Origin: Harriotta raleighana
Lineage: Eukaryota
Length of the DNA: 64,000 nt
NCBI GenBank assembly: GCA_050575255.1
Contig: JBNZDD010013683.1
Span: 2,721,928-2,785,927 of the forward strand
Direction of reading: 5' to 3'
Part shown: positions 1 through 12,192 of the stretch, in pieces
How the letters are laid out: each line of letters starts with the position of its first letter
Numbering within the stretch: the first letter of the stretch is position 1
Made by a program: the position numbers and the translations under genes
Notes under the pieces: generated by a model
Told to the model about the DNA's origin: nothing
The model's input: the letters and a program-made list of their open reading frames with translations, nothing else
The model's database searches: none

Positions 1-59
1 TAACCTTAAGGCATCTCTACCTGTTGTACCATCTTAACTTCCAATAAGTCTGCCTCACT

Positions 60-400
60 TTTACGCTTTTAGTCACGCCCGAGACACTAACCCACGCAAA
101 GTGCGCGATAGAAAAGCCATTTTTGTTGTTGCTCTACGACGCACACGCATCGCTTGTGTTTAGTTTTTGCCCGTAAAATCATGTTGCGAAACCCAACTGA
201 TTCATTTAGCATTGTTTCAAGAGTTGAAATGGATTGGGGGAAATCCCAAAGCAGTGCAGATATCATATTGCTATTGGAAGCAGTGGACTGAGAAATGGCT
301 GCCTCTTATTTCCAACGATTGTGTTACAGCTGCCGAGGCGCTTTCCATCCCATCGGTCTGAGCTGGACTCGAATATTGATGGCAGAGGTAAAATTAGTGT
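60..400. promoter_or_regulatory. CpG-enriched putative (bidirectional) promoter / first-exon region with YY1-type motif
   Basis: Local CpG cluster (cacgcccgag, cacgcaaagtgcgcgata, tacgacgcacacgcatcgc) in an otherwise CpG-poor window; GCCATTTT (minus AAAATGGC, YY1/start-codon-like) at 116-123; donor-like sites on both strands (minus TGG|GTTAGT at 92/91, plus GAG|GTAAAA at 387/388). Confidence 0.4.
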
Positions 401-1189
401 TCTTATTCACTGCAGCCCTGGTATGCCAGGCAAAATCATTTTATTGTCATTTTCCTTCCACCCTAGTTAAATCCGGACGTATGCAGTGCTGTCTAACTGA
501 GCAATTGAATCCAAATCTGTGTAAAACTGCAGGAACAGTTGTTACTGAAAATGACTAGTCTCGATCTCCCTAAGGAAAACTTCAGCCCGTTAAACCGGTA
601 CCCTGCGGCAGTCATGTCCCATTTACTGCGGATAAATCTAGTGGAGGAAGATGGCAAGATTAATGCGATAACTAATTGGATGAACTGATCCAAGGACAGG
701 GATAGCTGCTGACAGATATTGGTGCCTGTAACCTTTTAATCCAAGTGGCAGTGAAATGAGTGACCAGGTGATATGTGTAAGTTCTCATTTTAGCTGCCAA
801 ACAAACAGGGAATGATGAGAGCTCACTGTCCAAAGAAACTTTCAAAGTCACACAGACTTAGATAACAAGCTGACAAAAAATGCTTTTGTGGAATAAAAAG
901 CTCTTGTTTGTAACTACCCATATGTTCCTACCCACCCAGTATCACACTTACTGTCATTAGGCAATTCTTTATTGACCAATAATACTGTTGCTGTGGTGTA
1001 GTGCCTTATGGAATGGCAGGTAAATCCCAGTGGTGATCCTAATAGGAATGGAATTTAGCATTGCTGCAAATTCACACGAACTTGTCTTATTTAATCAGAT
1101 ACATGGATATTTTGGTAACCAGAGCCTGTCAAATGAAGTGCCCGGAGTTGATCTGGACCAATTAAAGATATCACTTTATGTTTAAATGC

Positions 1190-1905
1190 ACACTGCACAC
1201 TCCACCTCACCAAGCCGGTCAGGAACCCAGGTGTCTTGTTCGATCGTCAACTGTCTTTTCTCCCCCACATCCATGCCATGATCCGCTCTGCTTTCCCTCA
1301 CCTCTGCAGCATTGCCCAATGCCTCCGCCACAACCTCACCCCTCAGGCCGCTGAAACTCTCATTCATGCCTTCATCAAGTCCAGGCTCGACTACACCAAT
1401 GCCCTGTTGCCCTCCTCATCGCCTCCCTCCATAGGCTACAAATCATCCAGAAATCTGCACCCCGTATCACCCCCATTCTCGCCCAACTCCACTGGCGTCC
1501 CATCACCCAGAGGATTCAATTCAAGATGCTGGTCCTTATCTTCAAAGCCCTCCATAGCTTTGACCACCTAACTCCCTCACAAACATGCTCCCTCCGCTCA
1601 ACGGCCTCTGGCTTGCTTCATGTTCTCTGCCCCACCATCAGCAGGTGAACCTTCAGCCTCTCTTATCCCAATCTTTGGAATTCCATCCTGCAATCACTCC
1701 GCTTCACCCCCTCCCCAGCCCCGTTCAAGTCCGGCCTCAAGATCCTTCTCTTTGACCGTGCCTTCGATCACCCCCACTTACCCTCCTTTCCCTCCACCCT
1801 CCCCAATCCTGCCCCCTGATTCGGTCCAAAACACTGACTGTCCAGCGCCTCGGGACATTCTCCAGGTGTGAAAGGCGCTGTAAAAATGTAATTTTGTTGT
1901 TGTTA
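1190..1905 (+). mobile_element. L2-clade LINE 3' fragment (degenerate ORF2 C-terminus, 3' UTR and tail)
   Basis: ORF 1236-1571 contains AAETLIHAFIKSRLDYTNALL, the L2 'etLihafisSrLDYcN' motif; C-rich 3' UTR; tail GTGAAAGGCGCTGTAAAAATGTAATTTTGTTGTTGTT. Confidence 0.9.
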
Positions 1906-1962
1906 TGTTTTAAATGTACAGTAATTAAATACAATATGAATCACTATTGCATGTAGATCAGA

Positions 1963-2062
1963 TAATAATAATAATCCTTGCATTTGATATAGTGCATTAT
2001 CACATCTTCAAGACATCAAAGCCCTTAACAGAATATACCGTAAAGTGAATAGACTGTACATT
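1963..2062 (-). mobile_element. Deu-domain tRNA-SINE, 3' tail fragment
   Basis: (AAT)n CCTTGCATTTGATATAG...AAAGTGAAT matches the reverse complement of the full-length copies' tail. Confidence 0.85.
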
Positions 2063-2689
2063 TTGTATATTATATATAGATGTCTGTGGTTAATAACATT
2101 ATTTTAGAGTTGTCTGGAGAATGTGGGAGAGCATGACGCCCAGAGTGCCAAAGCTTGGGGACCCCAGAGTGTGTGATGGAGTATCACAGCTGTTTGACCA
2201 ATTAAAACTCCATAGAGGACTGAAAACTTTCACAGAAGTAAAACAGTTTACCAAAAGTGCAAGTAAGTATCTCCAGATAAATAATAATAATACTGTAATA
2301 CTGTACTACTCCTTGCATTCGGTATAGCATCAGTCATGACAGGTGGACATTTCAAAGTACTGCACAGGATTTACTGTAAAGTATACTGACAATGTCATTT
2401 TTATATTCGAACACAGTCTATTTGTACAAAGCTGTTGTTTTGCAAATAGATGGATAAGATAGTGTGCAATACTGGTCTATGTCAATCCTATCTCTTCATC
2501 ATGGTTGCTTAAGAGATGGGTCAAAGTTAGCGAGTTACACTGATTTCATTTAGACACTGGCGTTCATATCACCCCACGCATTTAGCTGTTAGTCCAAGCT
2601 GATTGTCTTACTTCTCTCTGAAAGAGCTTTCTGCGATCATCAGAAGCCTGTCAATTGTAGGTACTGGGTATTGCAATGAAATAACACAC

Positions 2690-2830
2690 TGTTCTTTCAC
2701 CTCTGGGGCATTGGGTTGAATCCAGTCTAGACTGATATAATAGAAGTATTTTGCTGGTTGCAAAGTTAGTAAGTGAAATTAGATCATCGAGTCTCAGATC
2801 AGTTCCCAATGGGGCTGGTACACAGCTCCC
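2690..2830 (+). mobile_element. Ancient LF-SINE-like fragment
   Basis: TTTCACCTCTGGGGCATTGGGTTGAATCCAGTCTAGACTGAT...GTGAAAT...GTCTCAGATCAGTTCCCAATGG resembles the LF-SINE head and body from memory; highly diverged. Confidence 0.4.
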
Positions 2831-4639
2831 AGCTGACTGCAAATTGGAAATAACTTGTCATCTCAAACTCCACTGTCCTCAGGACAGATGGAAACTGCAG
2901 TAGTGAGTGAGTTCTAAGGCTGGATTCATTGTTTGGACAGCTCGTAAAATATTGATCTGGTCTCTCTCCCCCCATCTCCCCATACTTTGAACTGACCATA
3001 ATATAACATGTAGGTGATGCAAGGATTTGGAGCCTAAGGTGACACTAGAGTTGTTAGATACAATCTCAACTACTTGCTTTACATCAGTGAGTTCCTAATC
3101 TGTAGATGTCAGATAACTTGATAATAGGCGAAGATATCATTCATCAACAGTGATGTCCCACACTTTGATGAGCAAAAAAAGTGCCTAAAATAAGAGTATT
3201 TTGTTCACTAATCCACATGCATTGTCCTTCCGTTCTCTCTCCAAATTTTTTTCTTTCAGCTCGAGTTATAGTCTTGTGATGCCATCCTTCAGCAGAAAAA
3301 TTATTGTGAGGGCTACAGAAACACAGCAATCTTCAAACTCTGCAGTGGGATATTTCCACCCATTGTATTAGTTTTCTCCTCTGGTGAAGCCATCAATCCT
3401 CATCTCATATCCCTGCCCTAGTTGTTGTAGAGTAATACTGCAGTCGGACGCTACTATAACAACAACTTTGATTTATATAGCGCCCCACATGCCGGACGGC
3501 GTCTCAGAGCGCTTTGTGCTATGAAATTGTGGCTGATAAACGCCTGAAGGTGCAGCGAAGCCTCTTCGGAAGCTCAATCATGATATGAGGGAGGATTAAT
3601 TTCAGCTGCTCCACTCACATCTTTACTTGAGGTTTAGCTTTTGCAGGACAGTAACATTCCGACAGTTTCCAGGATTAGCTGCCGCCTTCCTGAAACTCCA
3701 GTTGCATTTTTATTGCTCATGACCAATGGTGCGCATCACTTACTGTGAAAATAATGAGAACCACTTTATAATTGGGAACCATGTTGTGTAGAGCATCTAT
3801 CTTACTCATCCAGTGGGCACAACTAACATATGGCAATGGTTTTATCATGAGGAGCTTACTTCTCCTTTCTCATATATGGTACATGTATGAACACTAACAT
3901 ACTGTATTAAAAAAATGTCATGAAAGGTGGGTTTGATGTAGGATACGTGATGCCACAAACTTCTTTTTTTACCTGTAGCGATGGCATTACAACGATTACT
4001 AGTCAGCAAAACATTAGTTATATCTACATTAAAATAAAAGTATATAATATCCTAGTGTGCGTCATCTACCATCAATTCACTTCAGATGGGATACCACAAT
4101 TCAGTGACAACCAATCCACCTCCTCACATCTCCACTCACAGTGCTATCACTTCTCTCGAAAGTCAGTTCCCACTCACCATTGAGCTCCTCAGCCAAATTA
4201 CTGTACCTGTCATTGCAACCTCAGCAGAACACACACCACAACAAATCTAGTAAATCTTGTATGAATTACGTACAGTGAATAAGAAAAAATACACAGCCAC
4301 TCTCTCCCCCACTCCTCTCTTGAATATCTTGTGGCTCACATGATTCTCAGACTTCATTGTTATCTGACTGACTTAGAACTTAAGAACATTCAAGAAAGAA
4401 AAAAGATGTTTGGCTCAACAAGCCTGTGTTGATTATCAGCTCAAATGATCTCCATTCTCAACAAATTCCTCAGTCCCTTTTCAGTAACCACTTACGGTAG
4501 TTATTAGATGCCAATGGAATCTTGCCAGGAACCTCACCCAACTTTCATTAACCAAATTCACACCTTTCTCCCTCCATCATGTCTACTTCAAATGGATTTC
4601 AAATAGGCACTAGTAAATTTCCTTGACTGGTATTATGAG

Positions 4640-4682
4640 AAAATTGGCTGTTTGGCCCACAAATATACAGTCAATTCACTTT
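4640..4682 (+). mobile_element. Older SINE fragment interrupted by the 4683-4990 copy
   Basis: AATTGGCTG...CCCACAAATATACAGTCAATTCACTTT; the consensus continuation ACAGTAT resumes at 4991. Confidence 0.75.
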
Positions 4683-4990
4683 TGGAGCTCCTGTGGCTTA
4701 GTGGTTAGAGCACTCGCCTTACAAGCGTGAGACCTGTGTTCGAATCCAGGCAGATCAAGGCGAAACCTTGGGCAAGTTTCCTTACTCCACACGCCTAATA
4801 ATAATCCCTCAAAAAAACCACAGTAATAAAATTGGTCATTTCAATCCACGACTGTTTGTGGGACACTGCTATGCACAATGCGTTCCGCCCACAAATATAC
4901 AGTCAATTCACTTTACAGTATATTCTGTGAAGCGCTTTGGGACGTCGATAAGATGTGAAAAGCGCTATATCAAATACAAAGATTATTATT
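4683..4990 (+). mobile_element. Full-length tRNA-derived Deu-domain SINE (young subfamily)
   Basis: Pol III A box TGGCTTAGTGG and B box GTTCGAATCC; Deu-like core CTGTTTGTGGGACACTGCT; L2-like tail GTGAAAAGCGCTATATCAAA with (TTA)n; near-identical to the 23154 and 38830 copies. Confidence 0.95.
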
Positions 4991-6582
4991 ACAGTATTAC
5001 TATTTAAATTTTTCATTCAAAAGCAGCCCATCCAAGTAAATTATTGTACACCAGCCGTAATGGAAGGGTTAACTGGTTACTTTGTTGCTTGAGATAAAAA
5101 TGAACACATTTCTCAAAGAACTAGTTGCCTGGAATATAATACCAGCTCCAAATGCCTTCTGATTACCCCGATTACATAGGCAAGTGTCCCACAAAATAAA
5201 CTACTGTGTAAATGGAGTGCCACATGGCTTCTCATGTGCTGCGTAATGTGTACAATTCGCAGGACAAAGTTTATTTGTATTGTTTCACACTGAGACAATT
5301 ACGGAATCCTCCATCTGTATGTATTTCCATTGCGATAATTAAATAACCTACACAGTATTTGCAAAGCAAATTTGCTTGGATATCTATAAAGTGCAGATGA
5401 AGTAAAAAGGTTACTCATTAATCATTTAACAATTCACTGTGACACAAAAGAAAATGCTTCAGAAAATCTATTTTTATATCAATTTGATTAGATTTGCACA
5501 GTGTACTACTGTCCACAAGTGAAATGTAGAAGTGGATTGATTATCTTTTGTGTGCTGGCCATTAACAAATTGGATAATTGGGTTGGAGACATTTGATATC
5601 CGGGTTAGAACTTATTTTGAACTTATTTGTTGTCTTCACGTCAGCAATGATAAACAATACCACTGAATCTAAAAATGACTTGAATTTTTGTGCTTAGAAT
5701 CAGATATATGGATCAGTTAGATGGAAATCTAAGGAATTACTGGGGGGAAAAAAAATGCGATTTACAGACATAGCTTTGATGTAACCGCAAATACTAAATA
5801 CCAAGTGTTTTGTATCTCAATGACACTCATCTAGTATTGTATATTTTTAGCACTGAGAATAAGCTATTAACTCTGAATGAGTAAAAACTTCTATCGTAGT
5901 TGTCAAGTTCGTCTTGATGGGTAGTCTGTTTATTCAACATACTGGCAAAAGATTCACAAAAGATTAAATATTAAATTGTGCAAATGATCAAATATAAAAC
6001 ATTGTAATTTTGCAATAGTGAAAGATATATGATCACACCGACTGTTTGTGTTGCATACAATTAATTCTATGATTTGTATCATTCTGTGAAGCTAAATATT
6101 CTATTTTATTTATTTCTAAATCATTGTATTTAGACTACTCATTTTATCAAAGCCGAGTTTATGCAGTGCCAATGCACATGACATATTGATAGGCAGTAGA
6201 TTCAAGCAGAACTCAATTCTCCAAGGATTAAATGGATGTTGAATGTTTTAAAATGACAGGATCACATAGAATAAATTGAACTGATACTCCCTCGTGCAGT
6301 AGTATTGGACAGAGACAATTTTAAACTATTTTGAGCAGTCATGAAGTGTAATGGCTCAGAAACATAATTTCCTGTTTCAATAATGAACATCTGATTTATA
6401 GTCATGATAATCCTTGCATTTGATAAAGTTAATTGACTGTATATTTTGTGGGCGAAACCCAGCAGCCAAATGTGATTTTACAGGAACCTCCTTTATTTTA
6501 CCCACCAATATACAGTCACTTCACTTTATAGAATATTCTGTGAAATGCTTCGAGATGTCGATAAGTGTGAAAAGCGCGATAT

Positions 6583-6913
6583 AATAATAATAATCCTTGC
6601 ATTTGATATAGCGCTTTTCACATCTTATCGACGTCCCAAAGCGCTTCACAGAATATACTGTAAAGTGAATTGACTGTATATTTGTGGGCGGAATAGGGCA
6701 GCCAATTGCGCACAGCAGCGTCCCACAAACAATCGTGGATTGAAATGACCAATTTTATTATTGTGTTTTTTTTTGTTGGGATTATTATTAGGCATGTGGA
6801 GTAAGGAAACTTGCCCAAGGTTTCACCCTGATCTGCCTGGATTCAAACACAGGTCTCATGCTTGTAAGGCTTGTAAGGCGAGTGCTCTAACCACTGAGCC
6901 ACAGGAGCTCCAC
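6583..6913 (-). mobile_element. Full-length Deu-domain tRNA-SINE (young), antisense, nested in an older plus-strand SINE tail
   Basis: Reverse complement of the consensus, with a small internal duplication CTTGTAAGG x2; the host tail GTGAAAAGCGCGATAT | ATATCAAATGCAA is split around it. Confidence 0.95.
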
Positions 6914-6952
6914 ATATCAAATGCAATTCCTGAATATTATAAATGATAATAA

Positions 6953-7240
6953 GTATCAGTTTGGCTCGGTTGGTTGCATTCTCGCCTCTGAGTCAGCAGA
7001 TTTGGGGTTCAAGCCCCAGGGTAAGACTTTCAACTCATATAGCTGTTGGTGATGCTGTTGTTAGGATATGGGATGTTAAACCAAGGCTCCATTGTTCAGG
7101 TGGAAGTTAAAGATCGCATGGTACTAGTTGAAAAGAAAAAAGAGTTTATTGGGGTGTCTTGGCCAACAATCCCTCAATATAAAATTGATTATTCACTTCA
7201 TAGCTCTTTGTGGGACATTGCTGTGTGCAAATTGCATTGG
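6953..7240 (+). mobile_element. Older SacSINE1-like Deu SINE
   Basis: TGGCTCGGTTGGTTGCATTCTCGCCTCTGAGTCAG..GGGTTCAAGCCCCA head, GATGTTAAACCAAGGCTCC, GGTGTCTTGGCCAACA, TTTGTGGGACATTGCTGTGTGCAAATTG; homologous to 53438-53800. Confidence 0.8.
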
Positions 7241-7789
7241 TCTACAGAAATAAAGCCTTTGGTGAAAAGTTTTGTTTAAGATTGTTTAAGCTCAGGATTT
7301 TAATATTATTGGACCTGAATTCTTAAACAGCATTATTCACCTCAACTTGCAGCCTGGAGTGGGAAATATAAATCCACTTTCCTGATCTGAATCACTGTTG
7401 TTGGAAGTTATGGAGAATTTCTCCGGGAGAACATATGATGATGTGGTTGTAAATTGATGAGCGGTTTGTGAATTGCGGGAATCAGATTGAACATTTTCTC
7501 AGAAATTATGTCGCAAATTGCAAACATGAACAGAATATTTCCTCCTCCTTAGGCTGTATGGATATCTCCTGGGTCCAGAATGTCTTTAACTGGTTGTAAA
7601 ACAAAGCCCCAATATTGACCGGTGATTCATATTGGTTACACATTGCCTTCAAGTCAAGACATGTTCCTTGTAATGGCTCTGAGTCACCTGTTTATTGTTC
7701 TTCACAGAGAAACATCAGGGACTTGAACAAGAATTCATGATGCAGTGAATCAAGTAAAAACTTAGACCTGAAAAAGTTTTGTGTATCAA

Positions 7790-7935
7790 CAATAACAAAA
7801 TTGTATTTGGAGAGCGCCTTTCACGATCGGAGGACGTGCCAAGGTGCTGGGGGGATAGGTGGGGAAGGGGTGACCGATGGTATGGTTGAAGAGGAGGGTG
7901 TTGAGGTGGGATTTGAAGGGAGATTCCACCATGGA
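7790..7935 (-). mobile_element. L2 LINE 3' tail fragment
   Basis: AACAATAACAAAATTGTATTTGGAGAGCGCCTTTCAC followed by a G-rich UTR; reverse complement of the 1790-1905 tail. Confidence 0.75.
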
Positions 7936-10900
7936 AACTAAACTTTGAAAATTAGGTACTCATCTGGAGCCTTATTCAACACCTTTACTGATCCCAGTGT
8001 AAGACATCATGAAAATAGCCCGAGAGCCCTGCTTCCCTGTTGTCTCCCCATATCCACACATAATTTTCCAGCTTCTAAGGAGTGTTGGATTGCCTGCTCC
8101 CAGGTCTCGAATGATAGAGTTTTCAATCTAACCACCAGGAGGTGGGGGAGATTATTTTAGGATGATTTAGCTGCTGGCGGCTGCTTCTTTTCCTGGTGAA
8201 GTGCCTTCTGTCAGTTTAGTCCATCGTCGTATCGGCCGAGATTAGGGACTCACCATGTGTGAACTGTCTAAAGAGTAAAACTTCCCTTGTCCCTGGAGTT
8301 TGGGATAAAACTAGAGTAAAATGACCCTCTTCCCTCGCTTTGGTTCATCGGTGCTCCAATGACCCCAGAATGGCTTTATTTTGTATAGACCGAAAATCAC
8401 AAGTGTCTTCAACAAGCTTGAGTGTAAGTGAATGTTCGGGATGAAATGGTTGCCTCCTACCTTTACTTTCAGTGGGTTTGCATGTCTTATTATTGTCATA
8501 GTGATTCTGCTATAATAAGATATCATTAAGAGCAATGGATGACTACATTGTAGACATTCTTTACTTGCTTGTAATACGAGCTCACCCTGTACCATGGCTT
8601 AGTGTTTCACTTTATTAAATATTTACCAACAACCTATTGGCCATATGTCATTGAGTTTGCCTGTTGACAGATTCAGTGTTCATCACCTTTACAAACTGTC
8701 CCTGTTGAATCTGTTGTGTCCAAAAGACTCTTAAAGTTGGTCTTAATAACTCTCTTTTACATTCAGCCCTCCCTTTAATAGTGTGGTGTCACCATTTCAT
8801 TGGCTTTCTATTGAGCTGTCTCTCGGTACCTTATGGCCATAGACTTGTTGAGGCTTCCTTTCATCAGGTCTGTTGTGCGACACACAGATCTGAAGTAAAG
8901 CGATACGTGTTCTGCCATATCTGACATTTATTGTCTTCTTTTTTTAAGGGAAAGGCCACTTTTCATCGGTGGATGAAAAGGGTCACATGATATTATAATG
9001 CTTACGAGGAATATTCCGAAGGGACGTTTTGCCTTTTATGCGACAGAATAGGCCGTATCTAAGAGAGCTATCAAAAATCAAACCCACCACAATATTCTTT
9101 GCAATAATGTCCCAATAAAGTTCAGATGCGTGTCAAAGAATTTTAATCAATGCAGATGACAGCACGAAGCTTATAATCAGCCTGTGAACTTTAAGGAAAC
9201 ATAATGGTTGCTCCCATGTTGTTATATGGTTAAATATATGATTATACCAGTGTAATTTTATACTTGGAAATATATGATCAAAACAGAAGACTATTACCAT
9301 AGATAATCTTTCCCTAATGATATTTTAAGGATCTCATGATTTATAAATTCAGATTTTGTCAGTATATCTCTATGTATTTTCGATGCCTCTGCAGAATGAC
9401 ATTAGTAAAACTAATAAAAAAAGAAGTTGGAAAGCTATACCTCCCAACAAGTAACTGGGCTGCCATACAAGTACACATAATTTATCTTCTGTAAACAATG
9501 TCAGTATTGATCTATCAATGGCTTGAGGTTTTAAACTGTTGTAGACTATTCATAACGAAAAACCTGCTGTTTTATTTGGCCCCACAACCATTTGTTACTT
9601 GATGAACATTTATTCATTCATTGTATTCACTGTGGAAGTCTACCACAGTCTCTTTTTTTAGCAATATCACTCAAAACAACCATTCTAAGGAAACTCATTA
9701 GTATTGTATGATAATTCATCATCAAACAGCAGTCTGATGTCAACCTTTATTGTATATGACAAATGAAGTAGGAGACAGTGCGATGTATCTCGATATCATG
9801 ATGAAAATGTAGGAAGAGGAAGGGCATGTCAGACGTCTGTATGAAACAACAGTGTCAATCGTCAGTGTCTGGGCTTTTGACATTAGACTGAAAAAATAGC
9901 CTTTCATGTTTTTTTTCACTCAATGAAAATGCCCTGCTCCCACCTCCAACATTTAACACAAAAGCCACAAGGAAGGAAACAAAGGTAAGTGGAGGATTTT
10001 TGCAATGTAATTTTCAATTTTGAAAAGAGTTCGAAAGATTAAATCACAGTCGGAAAGATGGAAGTTTTTTTAAACAATAAAAAAATTGAAATAGACCAGT
10101 GAATGGGAAGGAAGAAAGAAATAGAAAAGGGGGAAACGGCAAGATAAGAAGAGTCACATTACAGCACGTCACTTTTTGATTAAATTGTGTTGGGAATTTT
10201 TTTGTCTGTACAGTAATTCAGGATTGATTCCTATATACAGCTATAAAGCTGCTCTTGGCATTGAGCGCATTACCACTGTCGTATTTGTTGTTGATTTTTT
10301 CAGTGGTGTATGAAGTACGAGCTGAAAACATAGGAAATCGACCTGTGCAGAGAGAACTAGGAATGTTCTGAGCCTGCTGTAAGTCTAAGGCTCAGACATG
10401 TTCAGAAAATATGCAAATGGAATATCAAACAAAGTCAAAAATGAATGCAAGATAGAATTCTTTTGCTCGACTATCCAATGACGTAAGACGTCCGACAATA
10501 AAATAATGGGCCACAGTATATATCTGGTCATTTTAAGATTCCGTGACTTGGGTTGAAACCATAAGAGCTGCTTATCAAGGATGGGTTTCTCATGACGGCA
10601 TAAAACCAATCCATGATATCAAACACGATATCCCCTTGTTTGAATTGGCACCTCATTCCTGTGTAGCTTGCCAGTTAAATAAAGTATTTCATGCAAAATT
10701 AATAATTAGTCGTGTGCAGCCTGTGACCTTCCTGAAGAAGTTTAAACCTCTGCCTGCGCGCAGTCTGTGTTTTTTTTTAAAAAAAACTCTTTTACATTTA
10801 AATTACATTTCGCTTTCTTTGATACCTCGCAAAGTGCATGCTCACATCTTTAGTGGAATTTTCAAGTTTGAATGAAATTCATCAATTATTTACCAGGATA

Positions 10901-11256
10901 GGGCAGTGCTCAGTGTCAGTGTAGTATGTGTGAGACTCTATACATTCCAACCTTGAAAATTGAGGGCCTCTTAATTTTTAATTGTGTTTTGCAATCATTG
11001 TTTGATTTTTTTCTTCCACACAACCTCTCCCCCCCACCTCCAGTGTTAAGGCATTTTCAATGAGCGTCCTACGTTTGAATGGCATCTATTTATTATTCAT
11101 GTGCACAGGCCGGTAAGCAGTGTTAATTTTGCCAAGCGCATTTTTTACGTTTAAATATCTTTTATTTCCCGAACAACAGATGTTTACAAGGAACTGCAGG
11201 TAATTCCAATTACAGAGCGGAAGAGATCAATCGGGTAACGATTTATGATGTGTTTT

Positions 11257-11272
11257 CTCCCCCTACTGGTGG
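11257..11272 (-). promoter_or_regulatory. CTCF-like motif
   Basis: Minus strand CCACCAGTAGGGGGAG fits the CCASYAGRKGGC core with one mismatch. Confidence 0.3.
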
Positions 11273-11926
11273 GAGCAAACTCCAAATTCTGTTGACCTTG
11301 TTTGAAGTTATTACATGCTGAACATTGATTGGGCCTTATGCTAGTTTGACTTTCCAGACATTTTCCCACGTGTTCTACGGCCCAGCTCAGGTTAACTTTG
11401 AACCCGTTCACTGGTTTTATTTTAGTCGCCGGTTACCTTGCCTTTGTAAAAAAAAATTGTCTTACATGAAAGGCATTGTTGATATGCACTTTGTTCTTTG
11501 TCTTGCTTTCTTCACCTCACGAAGGCAGGTAGTTGTTCCTCAAGCAATGCCTATTAATAGCGGTGACCTAAAACGCAAATGTTTACCAAATGTAGTGCTG
11601 CTACGGATTGCTGCTCTCCTGGGGTCAATTGTTAAATGCAATGCAATGCGCTTAATTTATCCAAATAGCAAGAGACATTCTCCTTCTGGAACACCTCAAG
11701 ATGCTCAATGCCATTGGTTTTTGTAACTTTATTGTCTCGCTTCATACAGTATATATGTACTCAAGTTAAAAGAGCCTCAATATAATATGTAGAACTATAT
11801 TTGATTTCATCCTGCATCAGTTGCCCCCTGTAACATAGAAGTTTGTACACCATGTAGACTATTTAAATGGCATCTACAATCTTAATTTTTTTTGCTAATT
11901 TAGCTCAGTGTTTACATTCATCTTAT

Positions 11927-12192
11927 CTGGGTTTGATTCTAGGCAGGACAAGGTGAAACCTTCAGCAAGTTTCCTTACTCCACACGCCTGATAATAATCC
12001 CTCAAGAAAAAAAACGATAACAAATTGGTTGTTTCAATCCACAACTGTTTATGGGACATTGCTGTGCGCAATTGGCTACTGCAGTTTTCCCACAAATATA
12101 CAGTCAATTCTCTATACAGTATATTCTGTGAAATGCTTTGAGAAGTCTAGAAGATGTGAAATGCGCTATATGAAATGCAAGTATTATTATTA
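11927..12192 (+). mobile_element. 5'-truncated Deu-domain SINE (older subfamily)
   Basis: CAAGTTTCCTTACTCCACACGCC...CAATTGGCTACT...GTGAAATGCGCTATATGAAATGCAAG(TAT)n. Confidence 0.9.

Noticed and set aside
295-558. Assigning a known mitochondrial gene (e.g. NDUFS6 or MRPL36) to the first ORFs
   Set aside because: No downstream exon matches any mature-protein motif I recognise, so no gene symbol is justified.
4768-5007. Recurrent ORFs beginning MGKFP.. (also 6618, 23241, 38863, 62399)
   Set aside because: These are translations of SINE copies, with frames differing between copies; not a protein family.
7708-7753. Plus-strand exon candidate after ttgttcttcacag
   Set aside because: The donor is weak (CAA|GTAAAA) and all frames have stops; indistinguishable from a pseudo-exon.
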